Assembly (NCBI GenBank): GCA_951406725.2
Contig: OX597819.1
Coordinates: forward strand, 23,064,001 to 23,128,000
Source: Octopus vulgaris
Lineage: Eukaryota
Direction: 5' to 3'
DNA length: 64,000 nt
Made by a program: the position numbers and the translations under genes. Under the pieces are notes generated by a model that had not been told where the DNA came from, searched no databases, and worked only from the letters and a program-made list of their open reading frames with translations. Positions 39,923 through 54,729 of this stretch are shown in pieces (positions within the stretch are counted from its first letter, which is position 1; every line of letters begins with the position of its first letter).

Positions 39923-40744
39923 AAGGCGGCGAGCTGGCAGAAACGTTAGCACGCCGGGCGAAATGCGTAGCCGTTAGGTTCTGAGTTCAAATTCCGCCGA
40001 GGTCGACTTTGTCTTTCATCCTTTCGGGGTCGATTAAATAAGTACCATTTACGCACTGGGGTCGATATAATCGACTTAATCCGTTTGTCTGTCCTTGCTT
40101 GTCCTCTCCATGTTTAGCCCCTTGTGGGTAGTAAAGAAATAGGTATTTCGTCAGCCGCTACGTTCTGAGTTCAAATTCCGCCGAGGTCGACTTTGCCTTT
40201 CATCCTTTCGGAGTCGATAAATTAAGTACCTATTTCTTTACTACCCACAAGGGGCTAAACACAGAGAGGACAAACAAGGACAGACAAACGGATTAAGTCG
40301 ATTACATCGACCCCAGTGCGTAACTGGTACTTAATTTATCGACCCCGAAAGGTTGAAAGGCAAAGTCAACCTCGGCGGAATTTGAACTCAGAACGTAGCG
40401 GCAGACGAAATACCGCTAAGCATTTCGCCCGGCATGCTAACGTTTCTGCCAGCTCGCCGCCTTACGATAAATTAAGCACCAGTTACGCACTTGGGTCGAT
40501 GTAATCGACTTAATCCGTTTGTCTATCCCTGTTTGTCCTTTCTGTGTTTAACCCCTTGTGGGTAGTAAAGAAATGGGTATTTTGCCTGTCTTACGTTCTG
40601 AGTTCAAATTCCGCCGAGGTCGACTTTGCCTTTCATCCTTTCGGGGTTGATAAATTAAGCACCAGTTGCGTACTGAGGTTTGATCTAATCGACTAGCTCA
40701 CTCCCCAAAAAATTTCGGGCCTTTTGCCTAGAGTAGAAAAGAAT
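39923..40744. mobile_element. Nested/tandem cluster of SINE family B
   Basis: Plus-strand units from 39923, ~40145 and ~40580, with a full inverted copy 40231-40464 flanked by the duplication CGATAAATTAAG(T/C)ACC. Confidence 0.9.
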
Positions 40745-41611
40745 ATAAATATATATATATATATATTTGGCTATTCACAGAGACTACGTAATACTCAAGG
40801 CACTGGGATTCATTCACACCAGTGACATATTACCATTTTCTAAAGAGCTAAGTCAATATCATCGACCCCAGAGCTTGTCTTGTTTTTCTTTTCTCTTCTT
40901 TAATATTTTTTTTTGTTTGATTTTATCAACCTCCGTACCACGAAATGCAAAATTTGTCCTCGTCAGGATTTAAACTCAGAACGTTAATGAAAGTGAAGAA
41001 ATATTGAGAAGCTTTTTGTTCGACGCTCAATTCAAAAATCACTTAATACATGTGCACTACACAATCACTGTCGATTAAAATACCACACACCAGGAGCGAA
41101 CGATGAGAACTTCTACGCGGTGATCCTATCCGCTTGAAATGGCAGTCAAATTCCGCTTGATTCATACACCTAGGAGATTTTAGAAACAGCATAGTAATTA
41201 TCCTAAATAAAGCTATGGTGATATACTGAGCACGGGGTGGATATGGGTTTCGTATATTTATACCCCAGTGGTACTCTGCTCTCTCACTCAATAAAAATAA
41301 TAATAATAATATTGATGATGATTTTAGCAATATCGGTGGAGGAGGCATGTCAACCATATCAAACCAAGGTCCTCATATGATATTTATTTCATCGATCCCG
41401 AAACGATGAAAAGCAATGATGACCTCAACGGAATTGGAATAGAGGATGTAAAACCGGACAAAATGCCGCACGCATTTTGTCCGGCGTGCTAATGAATCTG
41501 ATATCTATGCATGTATGTATGTATGTGTAAAGCCAAGAATATCTTGATTAGATTAAAGGCTACATTACCGCAAGGAGGCATATGTTGATGCAAAGAGGAT
41601 TCATTCAGATT

Positions 41612-41646
<35 letters not shown>

Positions 41647-42779
41647 GTTATATGTATGTATGTGTGTGTACATATACACATACATATATATAGATATACA
41701 CACATATACATTCATTCATAATAGATACATTGTATATGTGTGTGTCTGCGCGCGTGCGTCTGTGTGTGTGTGCATGTATGTATATGTATATGTGTGTACA
41801 TACATGCGTACATAATGATAAGACAATAGAAAATGTAAACAAATAAATAAATTCAAGATTGAAACGGAATTCCAAAATATACTTTAAAAGATAAAAAAGA
41901 AAGTCACTCCATATCCAAAACCCTGCTGACTGAAGAGAGAGGAAATAAGCCAGTGAGAAAACGAACGATTGTTCATATCTCATGGTTAAAAGCCAACACA
42001 GCTCTGATTTCAGTTTCATAGAGTCTGTGCTTAATCTCACTTGATAAAACAAAGAGATGGATAACAAAAGATACTCACATCAAGTACAGATCATGCAAAC
42101 AGTTCAATGAGAGGATAGTCTACTTGATATCCTGTTACTGAGTTGTTGCCAAGTCCAAGTATAACCACCATAGATAATGCAACCACTTCAACGTGAAAAT
42201 GCACAAATAGTGGTATAGACATGTGTAGAATACTAAATGACCCTTACTGAACCAACAATGTCAAGAATTTCCTGTCAAGGGATCAAGGGATATTGTTCGT
42301 CTATAACAAGGGTTGAAATAAAAACGCACAGAACATCTCTATCTCTTGGAATGGAGTAGCTAAGGGATTCTAACCTCTGACACAAATTTCCAATTTCCTG
42401 ACCTTACACAAAACATACAAACAGCCTCATAAACAGATGGTATTACACTGCCATTCTGCCACCATTCTCCAGAAATTGCTGCACAGCTTTTCTAGCCCTG
42501 TTTAAGTCAGCGAAAAAAATCGATCACACAGCAAGAAGCTGCCGAAAGTAGCAGTTACCGCTTGACTCATCTGTCTGCGGGCAGAACATTAAATTCAAAC
42601 AAATTTCACTTTTATCGATGTAAACAGTCATTCACAAACAACGAAAGTACGATCGGCAAAGAAGACAAATATTAGGAAAAAGAGAAAACAAACGACACAC
42701 GAATATAGTCAGAGCTAAGTACGACATCGCCAGCAGAAATACATCCTAAGAATAGTGTGTGAACAATATATTAGGTCCA

Positions 42780-43240
42780 TGAATCCAGATCCTCTGATAT
42801 GTCCACGGAAGAAAACTACGTTGGACTATGTAGGGTGCAAAACAGTGCACAACACACTATAACAGTTTGTAGGGAGACTACAGATAATGAAACAAAAACA
42901 CTGAAAGACCACCTGTATATGCGAGTAACAGCACTTGCTGCTACAGGAAGCTTCATATCAGGTAATCCAGACATGTTCGAGGAACATAGGACAACTGAAC
43001 GCTGCAATATTCTCTGTAGCTCGAACTACTGTGGCAGGCAGTGATACAAGTCATCAAGAATATGTGCAGAAAAACATTATTGTCCAGAGGAGAGCGTGCT
43101 ATATGGTCAAACAGTTATACTGTGCAACATATAATTCATCGATGGATGTGAGAAAATGCTTAGACAAGGAAGATCGATTTATGGATTGGATTGCGCCTCA
43201 TCGTTCGGCCGACTACCAATGTGAACTTCTTGAAGTAGCT
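42780..43240 (+). mobile_element. Possible highly decayed LINE RT C-terminal fragment
   Basis: IVQRRACYMV resembles the VQRRA motif of CR1/L2/Jockey-group RTs; otherwise eroded. Confidence 0.3.
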
Positions 43241-43292
43241 TGACCAAGGCATAAAACACAGTAACAAATACCGAACACAATAAAACACAAGC

Positions 43293-43500
43293 CTAATGCG
43301 GTGAGTTGGCAGAATCGTTAGTGTGCCGGGCGAAATGCTTAGTGGCATTTCGTCGTCCGTCTGTATGTTCTGAGTTCAAATTCCGCCAAGGTTGACTTTG
43401 CTTTTCCTACTTTCGGGGTCGATAAATTAACTCGGGTCGATGTAATCGACTAGTCCCCTCCCCCAAAATTCCAGGCTTTGTGTCTGTATTAGAAAGGATT
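43293..43500 (+). mobile_element. SINE family B with (ATT)n tail
   Basis: GCGGTGAGTTGGCAGAATCGTTAG...TTCTGAGTTCAAATTCCGCC...TTTCGGGGTCGATAAATTAA; relatives at 44390-44680, 48290-48460, 51020-51150, 58825-59000 and 25975-26153(-). Confidence 0.85.
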
Positions 43501-43639
43501 ATTATTATTGTTATTATTATTATTATTATTAGTAGTAGTAGTATTTTCCTTCTTTCTTCAAATTTTCTTCCGTTTCTCGCCGAGTGTTTTCCGTACACCT
43601 ACGGCGAGAAACGTAAGAAAATTTGAAGAAAGATGGAAA

Positions 43640-43662
43640 ATAATAATAGTAATAATAATAAT

Positions 43663-43727
<65 letters not shown>

Positions 43728-44002
43728 TGATGATGATGATGATGATAATAATAATAATAATAACAATAATAATGATGATAATTAGTAGCAACAGTAGTAG
43801 TAGTAGTATATTATTAACAATAATAATAATAATAATAATAAATGTCCTGCTGCAGTACCAGGCAGTGGCTCTCGTGGCCCCTCATTTTAACTGATTGGAA
43901 GTGTTGTCATGTGCATTGTTTTTCTTGATATAAAAAATGGACTACTGCAAATATTCTGCTCAATATTTTATGTTATCATTATTATTATTACTATTATTAT
44001 TA

Positions 44003-44057
<55 letters not shown>

Positions 44058-44089
44058 CATTTATTATTATTATTATCATTATTATTATC

Positions 44090-44142
<53 letters not shown>

Positions 44143-44155
44143 CATTATTATCATC

Positions 44156-44217
<62 letters not shown>
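43640..44217. repeat. (AAT)n and (ATT)n tracts in opposite orientation
   Basis: Direct inspection. Confidence 0.95.
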
Positions 44218-44220
<3 letters not shown>

Positions 44221-44557
44221 AACAAACATAAGTTTGTTTTTGAAACGTTAAGATGTATTGTAGAACAAGTAGACAGATAATTTTTTTTTCCAGCACGTAA
44301 ATACTAAACAATATATATAAAAGATAAAATCCTTTTAAGAGGAGAAAAAATTTTCCGGCAACCAGCCGTGAATTATTGTTGTTGTAATTAAGACAGCAAG
44401 CTGGCCGAATCGTTAGCACGCCGGACAAAATGCTTAACAACATTTCGTTCATCTCTACATTCTGAGTTGAAGTTTCATCGAGGCCGACTTTGTCTTTCAT
44501 CCTTTCGGGATCGAAGAAATAAATATCATTCAAGTACTGGGGTAGATATAACTAACT

Positions 44558-44644
<87 letters not shown>

Positions 44645-45244
44645 AAATTTTCAGGTATTGTGCCTATAGTAGAAAGGATTATTATTGTTGCTGCTGTTAG
44701 TAGTAGTAGCAATAGGAAGTAGTAGTAGTATATTATTAACAAGCACAAAGATTTGATAAGCCAAAATATTTCTCACGTATAATCCGTCTCACTGTAACCC
44801 ATAGCGTGTGGATTTGAATATCAGAATGGAGCATAAATAGATAAGAGTCTTTTAAACTAAAATGTTAATGAGTTTCGTTATGGATTATAATGAAACTAAC
44901 GGTAATAAAACCTCAATAACTCTTGCATCAAAATGGCCGTTAAAATATTATGTTAGCTTCCAACCATTAAAATCCTATTAAAAAGGTAATTTTGTGGTTT
45001 AAAGAACATAAAGGCAGGAAATTTAGGTATCGTAAATCAGAATCATTAAGGTGTAACATCAATATTTTCAGAGCTTTAGTTTTCCAAGTTTGAATTGTAA
45101 AAATATATCGCTTATCTGACAAGTTATAAACTAAATGACGCTAAGTGGACAATATTTTGTTCTTTAATATGAAAATTTATATATTTTATGTTACTGTGCG
45201 GACAATGCTACGAAGGAATACGTCTGTCAGGCTATAAAATGCAT

Positions 45245-45401
45245 ACTCTTTTACTTGTTTCATTCATTTGACTGTGGCCATGCTGGAACAGCGCCGTTAG
45301 TCAAGCAAATCGACCCCAGGACCTATTCTTTGTGAGCCTAGTACTTGTTCTGTCGGTCTCTTTTGCCGAACCACTAAGTTACGGGGACGTAACACACCAG
45401 C
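45245..45401 (-). mobile_element. SINE family C, 3' half (matching 5' half at 48072-48213)
   Basis: Same tail as 17414 and 27308; minus-strand tRNA-like head GGCGTGGCTGTGTGGTAAGG at 48213. Confidence 0.82.
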
Positions 45402-47337
45402 TTAGATAGATGGTGCTTGAGATAGATGGAAATCCGAAAACAACATTGGTATGTGCGTATAGCCCACATAACTCGTCTGTGGCAGACGAGATTGAGGATT
45501 TTTATACAACCCTTCGTTCAACCATTGAGCAAGTACCTCTCCATAATTTTCTAGTTATAGCTGGTGATCTGAATGATAAACTAGGACCCGATGAAACCAA
45601 GTTTACTTTCAACTCTAAAACTAATCGGAACGGGGAAATGCTCAAATACTTTTTAGTGGAATTTAATTTTTACACCCCCAACAATTATTTTATGAAATCA
45701 AAAGGACAATTTTTGGACATTCGAGTCTCCACTTGGTGATAGGGCACAAATTGACTTCCTCATTTTTCGAAAGAAGTGGCGCAATAGTGTCAAAGACTCG
45801 AGATCCTACTCTTCCTTTAGTTCTGTTGGTTCCGACCACAGAATTGTATCAGCTACCGTTAAGCTCAGTCTTCGCTCATCTGAAAATGCTAAGCCTCACC
45901 CGATGAAAACGATCGACTGGGAGGAAGTCTCGTCTAACCCCGATATGTCCAAGCAATTTACTATTGAGGTCTATAACAAATGTCAATCTTTGTCTACTTC
46001 TGAAATAAATGCTGAGAACATTGACGAAATCTACAGCAGTCTCATCAAATCAACAGAGGAAGTTGCACTGGCTACTCTTCTCAAAAAGAAGAGTAGGGGC
46101 CAGAGCAAACCTTCTAATTCTCCAAATTTCATCGAAGCTAGAAACCATCTAAAGTCTCTATCATTAGCTTACCACCGTTCTCTATCCCAGTCACTGAAGA
46201 TCCAACTCATAACTGCCAAGAGGGATCTTGATGATGCTTACTTGAACGCCGAGGACGACTTTATCAACGGCAAAATTAGCAAACTATCCAAAGAGCACAT
46301 TAGTAAAAAACACCATCTTGCCTGGAAATCCATCAAAGACCTATCAGACAAAAATTCTGGGTCATCAATTAGAATTAAAGGGGGAGCAGCTAAGAAGCGT
46401 TTAGAAAATTGGTCAATTCATTTTAAAAACCTTCTTGGAAAGAATGCCAAAATCCCTGATAACCCCACTCTTCCAAGTGTGCCTATATCAGATACGCTGG
46501 ACATCAACACCTCCCTTTTTACCATATTTGAAATAACGGCAGCCACTAAACAACTGAAAGCCTCGAAAGCATTTGGTCCCGACAACATCCCAGCTATAAT
46601 TTGGAAGGATGATAGATTTCACGTACTTTTGCTCAATCTTTGCAACCACACACTTACAGCTCCAAAGATTTGGCACCAATCTCAAATCATACCAATACCC
46701 CCAAAAAGGCGATTTATCCCTCATCACCAACTACAGGGGTATATCTCTAATGTCAATTGCTGACCCAAAATGGATTCAGACATGGGCGCTCAACGTTGAG
46801 CCAAATACTATGCCTACGCAGACTTAGTGAAGAATCAAAAGCATTTAATCGCGATCTTGCAATGGTGTTTGTAGACTTTTCTAAAGCGTTTGACTCTGTA
46901 GATAGGTACAATACTGCAGGGAGACACACTCGCCTCATTTCTCTCCATCATTGTCGTTGACTATGTGCTACGTATGTCAGTTGATACCATTTCTGGCAAG
47001 GTCTTTGAAATAAACCTAGAAATTCCAGACACCCAGCTGAATACTTAACAGACACTGACTTTGCTGACGACATCGCTCTTATCAGTGATTCTCTCTCCAA
47101 TGCCCAGTCTCTTTTACAATCTCTTGAACAAGCCTCAAATTGTGTAGGTCTTTACCTCAATGTGTCCAAGACTGAATATGTAAACAAGTGCCTGTGCAAC
47201 AGTGATTTCATCATCCATACTCTCAACAATACGCCCTTAAATATGGTTTCTGATTACAAATATCTTGTCATACATATCATCATCTGGAAAAGATTTTCTA
47301 ACTAGAAAGGGTATGGCCTGGTCAGCCTGTAATGATA

Positions 47338-47340
<3 letters not shown>
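45402..47340 (+). mobile_element. RTE/RTE-X-type LINE internal fragment (APE endonuclease and RT), disrupted
   Basis: CAYSPH, IAGDLN, NRNG, QIDF, GSDHRIV; then KAFGPDNI, KKGDLSLITNYRGISL, QNGFR, FVDFSKAFDSV, LQGDTL, FADDIAL; frameshifts and internal deletions. Confidence 0.92.
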
Positions 47341-47402
<62 letters not shown>

Positions 47403-48071
47403 TTATATACATAATATATATATATACATATATACATATATATATATACAAATATATATATATACATATATATACAGACATATATATAGAGAGACATACA
47501 TACATATATATACACATATATACATGCATATATATATATATATATATATACATAGATATGCATATATATATATGTATGAATGTATATATGTGTATATATA
47601 TGTATGTATGTCTATATACATATATGTCTGTATATATATATGTATATATATATATATATTTGTATACATATATATGCATATATATATATATGTATGCATG
47701 TATATATGTGTACATATATGCATGTATGTCTATATACATATATGTCTGTATATATATATGTATATATATATATATATATTCGTATATATATATATATATG
47801 TATGTATGTATATATGTATATATATGTATGTATATAAATGTATATATATATATATATGTAGGTATAGATATCTATATGTATATATATATATATGTATGTA
47901 TATAAATGTATATATATATGTATATATATATATATGTATATATGTATGTATATATATATATGTCTATATATGTATGTATATATATGTATATATATATATA
48001 TGTATGTATATATATGTATATATATATATATGTATGTATGTGTGTGTGTGTATATATATATGTATATATAT
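47341..48071. repeat. ~730-bp degenerate (TA)n/(TATG)n field
   Basis: Direct inspection. Confidence 0.97.
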
Positions 48072-50055
48072 ACGACGGGCTCTTTCAATTTTCGCCTACC
48101 AAATCCACTCACCTGAGACTATAGTAGACGATACTTGTCCACGGTACCATGCAGTGGGACTGAACCTGGAACTCAGAGGTTGGGAAGTAAGCTCCTTACC
48201 ACACAGCCACGCCTTTTGCATTTTGTTCCACTGTCTATTACCTCTAGCCATTTTGCTAAGATTTAATATTTTGCTCCGGCACTAAGTCAGAATCACTACT
48301 GCCTCGGGCAAAATGCTGAGCGGCTTTTCATACGTCAAGACATTCTGAGTTCAAATTCCGCCAATGTCGACTTTGCCGTTCATCCTTTTGGAACTTATAA
48401 AATAAGCGCCAGTTGAGCAGTCAGGTCGATGTCATCAACTTCTCCCCTTCTCCGAAATTTTAAATAGATGTTTTCTCCAACTCTCGAGCTACTCTACATT
48501 CATTAGCATATAATACCATAATATTTTTGTCTCGTGGATCAGATCATTAATTACTTCGTATTACTGTATCATTTCCCTAAGCTGCTTATATCATCCTTCA
48601 GTTAACGTATTGACTTCTGTACGCAATTACGGAGATATCTCATATCAGATTTCGAGATGCTTCTGTGACAAAGACCTCAAAAACAACACCAGAATGCAAC
48701 CAGACTATTTACTCTCTTTCAACAACTGAGAGGCACATTAATTATACCTTTCGTGATTCAAGAAGAAAGACACTCTAAGTAGTGTTCCCCACACTCTAGA
48801 AAGAGCAATCAATTCTCCTTAAATCACACACTTCCTTATTTATAAGGTCATAGCGGACAATATAGTTTGGAATAAAATATTCCTAAGGCAAGATGGTCGC
48901 AGGTTTAATGTTATTCATTGCAGATTTGCTCCATCAGGTATAAGCGAATGATTAATATGAAAGCAGCCGTATTAGATAAGGAAACCTTGACTTTTAGAAC
49001 TCATATTCATAAAGAATAGTGCACATAACATAAAACTTAGATGTTAATCCCAACCAGATATTATGGACTAACAAGAACGGTCAGTGTATGCTCGAAATGC
49101 CTAGAAAGAATTAAGTGAAATGACGATAAACAACTGATGTAACAAAATAAATAACCTTCGTTACATTTGATTTCAAGACAAAATCTGTGTTATATGATAA
49201 TTTCGGCTTTATATATCGAGATAAATTATACTTCCTCCATAAATATATAACAACTCGAGATAAAGAATCATTTCTTTTTATGTACAGAAATAATTTAAGT
49301 AGCCAATATCAAAGCAGTCAACTTGGTACAAACAAAATGTCATAAAAGTTTGGTTTTCTCCTCAGCTATATACTTATTCATGGAAAAGAGAGCTAACCAC
49401 TTATCGAAGTTGTTATGGTAAGACTTCTGTTCTTTCCTTAATGAAACAGGTCAAGTTATAATCTCAGAAGAGGACACTCAAATATCTTTCTATCGATGTC
49501 CTGAGAATAAGATGAGTGTCTTTGAATTCATACTTCCCCTTAACAGACAGCAATGTTCGACTACCAAATAACTTTTACATTACAAATTAAATTTGTCCTC
49601 ATTAATTATCGTATTTACGTCAATGTATCTAATGGCGAGGGCAAATTCATTTATATTTATATTACTTCTATGCAATCGTTTCGGACAAGACATATCTTCT
49701 GAGAAAATAAGCTACCACATTATCACCTGGGAAATTATCTGCATAATGATGTAAATTGTTCATTAGTGTTATAATCAGAATAGTTAGCGTACTTTCGAAA
49801 ATTCTATTTCACCATTTACCTGCTCATTGTAAAACTTTTTATTGAATTCATTTAAAGTGTATATCTATATACTCTACATTTAGAAATGTTCTTTGAATAT
49901 TAAGAATTGTTGCGAAGAGGAGAGAGCAATGCTTATATCCTTTTTTATGGCCTTCATGGGGAGTGAGAGAAAGAAACTGAGTTATCCTCGAACCCAAAAT
50001 CTGGGAAAATCAATGCCAATGTGGCGATTTTAGACAAGCTGACATTAAAGGTACC

Positions 50056-50285
50056 TATTTCTTTATTACCCACTAAGGGCTAAACACAGAGGGGACAAAC
50101 AAGGACAGACATGGGTATTAAGTCGACTACATCGACCCCAGCGCGCAACTGGTACTTAATTTATCGACCCCGAAAGGATGAAAGGCAAAGTCGACCTCGG
50201 CGGAACCCGAACTCACAACGTAACGCAGACGAAATACCGCTAAGCATTTCGCCCGGCATGCTAACGTTTCTGCCAGCTCGCCGCC
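50056..50285 (-). mobile_element. SINE family B, full length, with TSD
   Basis: Near-identical to 40231-40464; flanked by CATTAAA(G/T)GTACC. Confidence 0.92.
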
Positions 50286-51223
50286 ATTAAATGTACCGTC
50301 TATTCCATGAGCTTCTGTTCTTTAAATTTCCCTTTAGTCGAAAGTGACACGCTGTGCCATCGAAACAGAAAACGCCGCTGCTAAGCAAATATTTAAACCA
50401 CTATCCATTCAGTAACCAAGTTAATACATTTTCTCTTAGTGTATTCACTAAATATATTTCCACTTAAACCATCTGATTATTAAAAGAGTGAACATACGCA
50501 TACATAGACACCTGCATATTACTCATATATTCACTCATACATATACATACACTTTTACAACTAGAAACAGATTATGTTACAGAATGATATATTCAACTCA
50601 GAAAATATTTATTACGTTCGAGCATATATATTCAATGGCAAATGCCTGAAAATTAACTGCATTTACCATTGATCTCTACTTTTTGTTCACCCGTTTTACC
50701 GAAGCCAGGAAAACATTCTGAGAAACTATTGATAGTAAAACAAAACGAAAACAAAAAAAAAACAGGAAAACTTCAATAAAGGCTGAGTTTCTACGGGTTT
50801 TTTTTTTGTCTCATTGTTTTATTTAAGATCTTCAATAAAACGTGATTTGTTTTTTAACATATGTTAATGTCATATACTTCACGTACAAGTCATGTACTGT
50901 CAGTTAATAAACGATTTAAAATATGATTAGTTTAATTACTTTAAATATGCTTTATGATATCTAAATGATACGTGACTTTATGTCTGTGACAATTCTTTAT
51001 GAAAATTGCTTTTTCAATATGCCGTCACTTTTTCTTCTGTCTTTGTGTTCTGAGCTCAAATTCCGCCGAGGTTGACTTTGCTTTTCATCCTTTCGGGGTC
51101 GACAAATTAAATACCAGTTGTGCACTGGAGTTGATTTAGAGTAGAAAAGATTATTATGCCGTCACCTCATCTTTTTTCATCGTTTTGCTCCCCCATCTTT
51201 CTCTCTCGCTCTGAGACACTTTC

Positions 51224-51264
<41 letters not shown>

Positions 51265-54200
51265 TCCTCCAATGTTCTTTACGAAACAATATCTTCTTTG
51301 TAATTGCTTTCCTAGCCATATTATTCCTGTATCTATTGAGATAAATTTAGTGGATAGAAAAACTTGTATTAGTCTCCCAAATATTAAATACATAAGAAAA
51401 ATATATTGCTTTGAATTATTACTTACTTATACATAACAACTTGAAAAAAATAATTAACATTTTCCCCAACATAAGATGATTGAACAAACTTATTTTATTC
51501 ATTTTTTTTTTATTAATTCTTGTTTTCAATTTCTAAGAGAAATAAAATGCTTTTCTTTTCTTTTCTCTTTTTCTCAACAGTTTGTATTTGTGAGACGATA
51601 TTCCTGCTGAAGCCTAGAACATTTATCGACTTCTTAAGCTCAACAAAATATGTGTTTAATAGACCGATAACACTTTATTACTTCCACTAATTTAGCTTCA
51701 ATATTCTCGTTTTCATCCTTGGTTTATTATTTGTCTATAAGTTTTTCATGTTTTAATTACCATCTATATGTGAAAATTATTAGAATGTATTTGAGTAAGA
51801 TTGGCTCATTATTATTGATATTTTATTTATATCATTTGGACTTTAGAGTCGGATGAAAGGCAACAGTACTGTTATCACAATTTTGATTGTCTAGTTAGTG
51901 CGATAGTCTGGTCTTTGATGTCTTTAGTCCTCATGTTAACAATTTTATGCGCAACTTTAAATTGCCATTTTTACCACATTTGGTATTGACTTGGTACAAT
52001 TCTGACACAGTAAACTATAATAGCTAAGAGTAGTGGAATAGTTATAAAGATGTATTAGTATGTATGTGGTTATAGTGCTATACCTATTGATTCTATATTC
52101 GGGAATCCAACCCTTGACTTCGTTGATGATGTTATACAGAAAACAGTAATATGCATAGACTTAAAAACGTGAAAATGTACTCAGATTTTATAAGGAAACT
52201 CTTTGGCCTGAGTTTAAACTCGGCTTCCGTGGCATAAAATTGGCTGAGGTTACAACACTGTCCTCACGATTGAACCGGGGGCTGGTCCGTCACAGAATCA
52301 TCTTCCTAGCTATTGTTGTTAGGTATCTGCAGCTGAGTGGACTGGAGCAATGAGAAATTGAATGTTTCTTTTTGTTTTGTTTCTTTCTCAAGAGCACAAT
52401 CCATCGCCCGACCCAGTAATCGAAATCGTGTGTAGAACACCCTTACAATTAGGTCACGTCTCTTCACAATTAGTCGTAAAACGAAATATCGTATAGTTGC
52501 CCTCATTAATATGCTATATTAATAATGCTATATAAACATCATGTTTTATATATTCTCCTTGTATTAATATCACACAGAAATATCTCAAGTAAATGTAAGT
52601 CTCAGATTGGAGAATTGTGTATAGCCGAAGAAATCATCATTAGTTTCCCCAAATTCTACATCTTCCATTCAATAATAATGATTACTAAAATATTAACAAC
52701 ACACTGGCATTGTAGGCTAATTAATACAATTATGCCACTAAATTAAACATTTTGATTGTCTTTTGGAGAGTATATTTCATTTAATTAGAGCCAAAAGAAA
52801 AGTATGAATAACGTGTCAGAAACAATGGCCAAGGAAGTAGGAAGTGAAATCCAATCTGGTAAGAGTACTTTCTTAATCATTGTTTTCTGTTTATTTTTTA
52901 TGGGTTTCCCAATTTTGCCGCCGCCTAAATCCACTGATATAAAAGTAGATGGAAAAGATTGGATGGAATTGAATATATTCATCCAAGAATGAATAATTAT
53001 TAATTAGGTTTTTAGTTTCTCTAAAACGATGCAAAATATCGTTATATTTTAAGTGATGGTTTACATTTTATTTTCAGAAATACTAAATATATCTCAATAT
53101 TTCTTCATTTTTCTTTCAGTCATTATAAATTGCTAAAGATGCTCTGCTTTTGAACATCTATCCTTCTCCAGTACCTCCCGGCTGTCATATGAACAAATCA
53201 ATCATCTCATAGTAACAATTTTCTTTTTCACAAACAATTTTCTTCTTGTAATTATCGTTTGTTTATTAACTGATATTGTTCTGCAAAACATTTACTTAAT
53301 GTCTCCTTTTCTTTCTTATAGTTTTCTTGACTACAATTAGATGACAGATTTATAGTCGGCATTGTTTGCTTCAGTGATATAGCAGTGCACGTGTGAGTGC
53401 ATAGATATTAAAACGCCATCGTTTACGACTATTTCAACTGAAAATCAATTATTTACTCAATCAAGAAGCTTTATAGAAATTTTTTAAAAAGTATTTTTAA
53501 AAGCAAATTTTATATTTGTATTTTTTCATCACGTACAAGAAATATTCAATGCGTAAACTGTATATAAAATACAGAAGCCTAATTCAGAAGCTTAATTGAA
53601 GTTTCAGATAATGCCCTCGGTATTGTAAAACTCTAGAGAAAATAAGTCAATCTAAAATTCATTTAATGGAAGTAAAAAGCCAGAAACATTGGCCAAGCTA
53701 TTCTCGGTGGAAGCTTTAATTTCTAAGTTTCACAAGAGATAGATCACCAAAACGTGAGACGGAAATAAATGATATTCAAGAAATCAAATTACTCAAAGAC
53801 TGATACATTGGTGGTTGTTGGGGGAGGAGCAGTTTAATAGAATATATTTGGCGGGATAAAACACAAAGAAGATGACAAAGTAGGAGGAGAGGGAAGAAAT
53901 ATTTAAATTCGCATTTACACATCATATGATATTTCTTTCGGATTTTTCTCATAATGAGAAAAAAAATAATAAATAAGATTTAATGAAACCAGAGAGGAAA
54001 GGAATTAAATTAACTATAATAAATGATTTCGGACTTTGGCACAAGAGCATACATTTTGTAAGGAAGAGTATAACCTATTTAACTAAATGCAATAATTGAT
54101 TAGTATTTATTTTATTGACTTTATAAGAAGCTAAGATAAAACGGAAAGTACCAAAAAATTTAATCTTAAAACGAAACTAACAGTTGAATTCTCCGTTGGT

Positions 54201-54475
54201 CTCGACGATGATCAGTTGTCCAGCCAACTGAAGATTTACACGAGAAATTAACAAGTAAGCGGCAAAGTAAATGACAGATACGATTACTCTTGATGCATTC
54301 CTCTGGCAAAAAAGAAGCGCAACAGGAAGGAAGGTATAGCTTCGAAACAGTAGCAAAATATAAATGCTCCGGAAGAGACATACCTTGGTTCTTTGCATGC
54401 TAACTCTGAGAAATTAACTCCGACGGCCGAACGAATTTTCAAATTCGTAGTCTGGCTCAAAGAAGAACCGTGTTG

Positions 54476-54507
<32 letters not shown>

Positions 54508-54729
54508 CTGTTTCATTATTACCCACAATGGGCTAAACATAGAGGGGACAAACAAGGACAGACAGCCGGATTAAGTCGATTACATCGACCCCAGTGCGTA
54601 ATTGATACTTAATTTATCGACCCCGAAAGGATGAAAGGCGAAGTCGACTTCGGCGGAATTTGAACTCAGAACGTAATGGCAGACGAAATAAGGCTACGCA
54701 TTTCGCCCGGCGTGCTAACGATTCTGCCC
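54508..54729 (-). mobile_element. SINE family B
   Basis: Same sequence as 50056-50285. Confidence 0.9.

Noticed and set aside
47332-48285. 317-aa ORF, the longest in the track
   Set aside because: TA-repeat field plus a SINE remnant
54184-54260. Exon-like segment ending in GTAAGC
   Set aside because: No polypyrimidine tract, stops in all three frames from the first AG, and no recognisable protein
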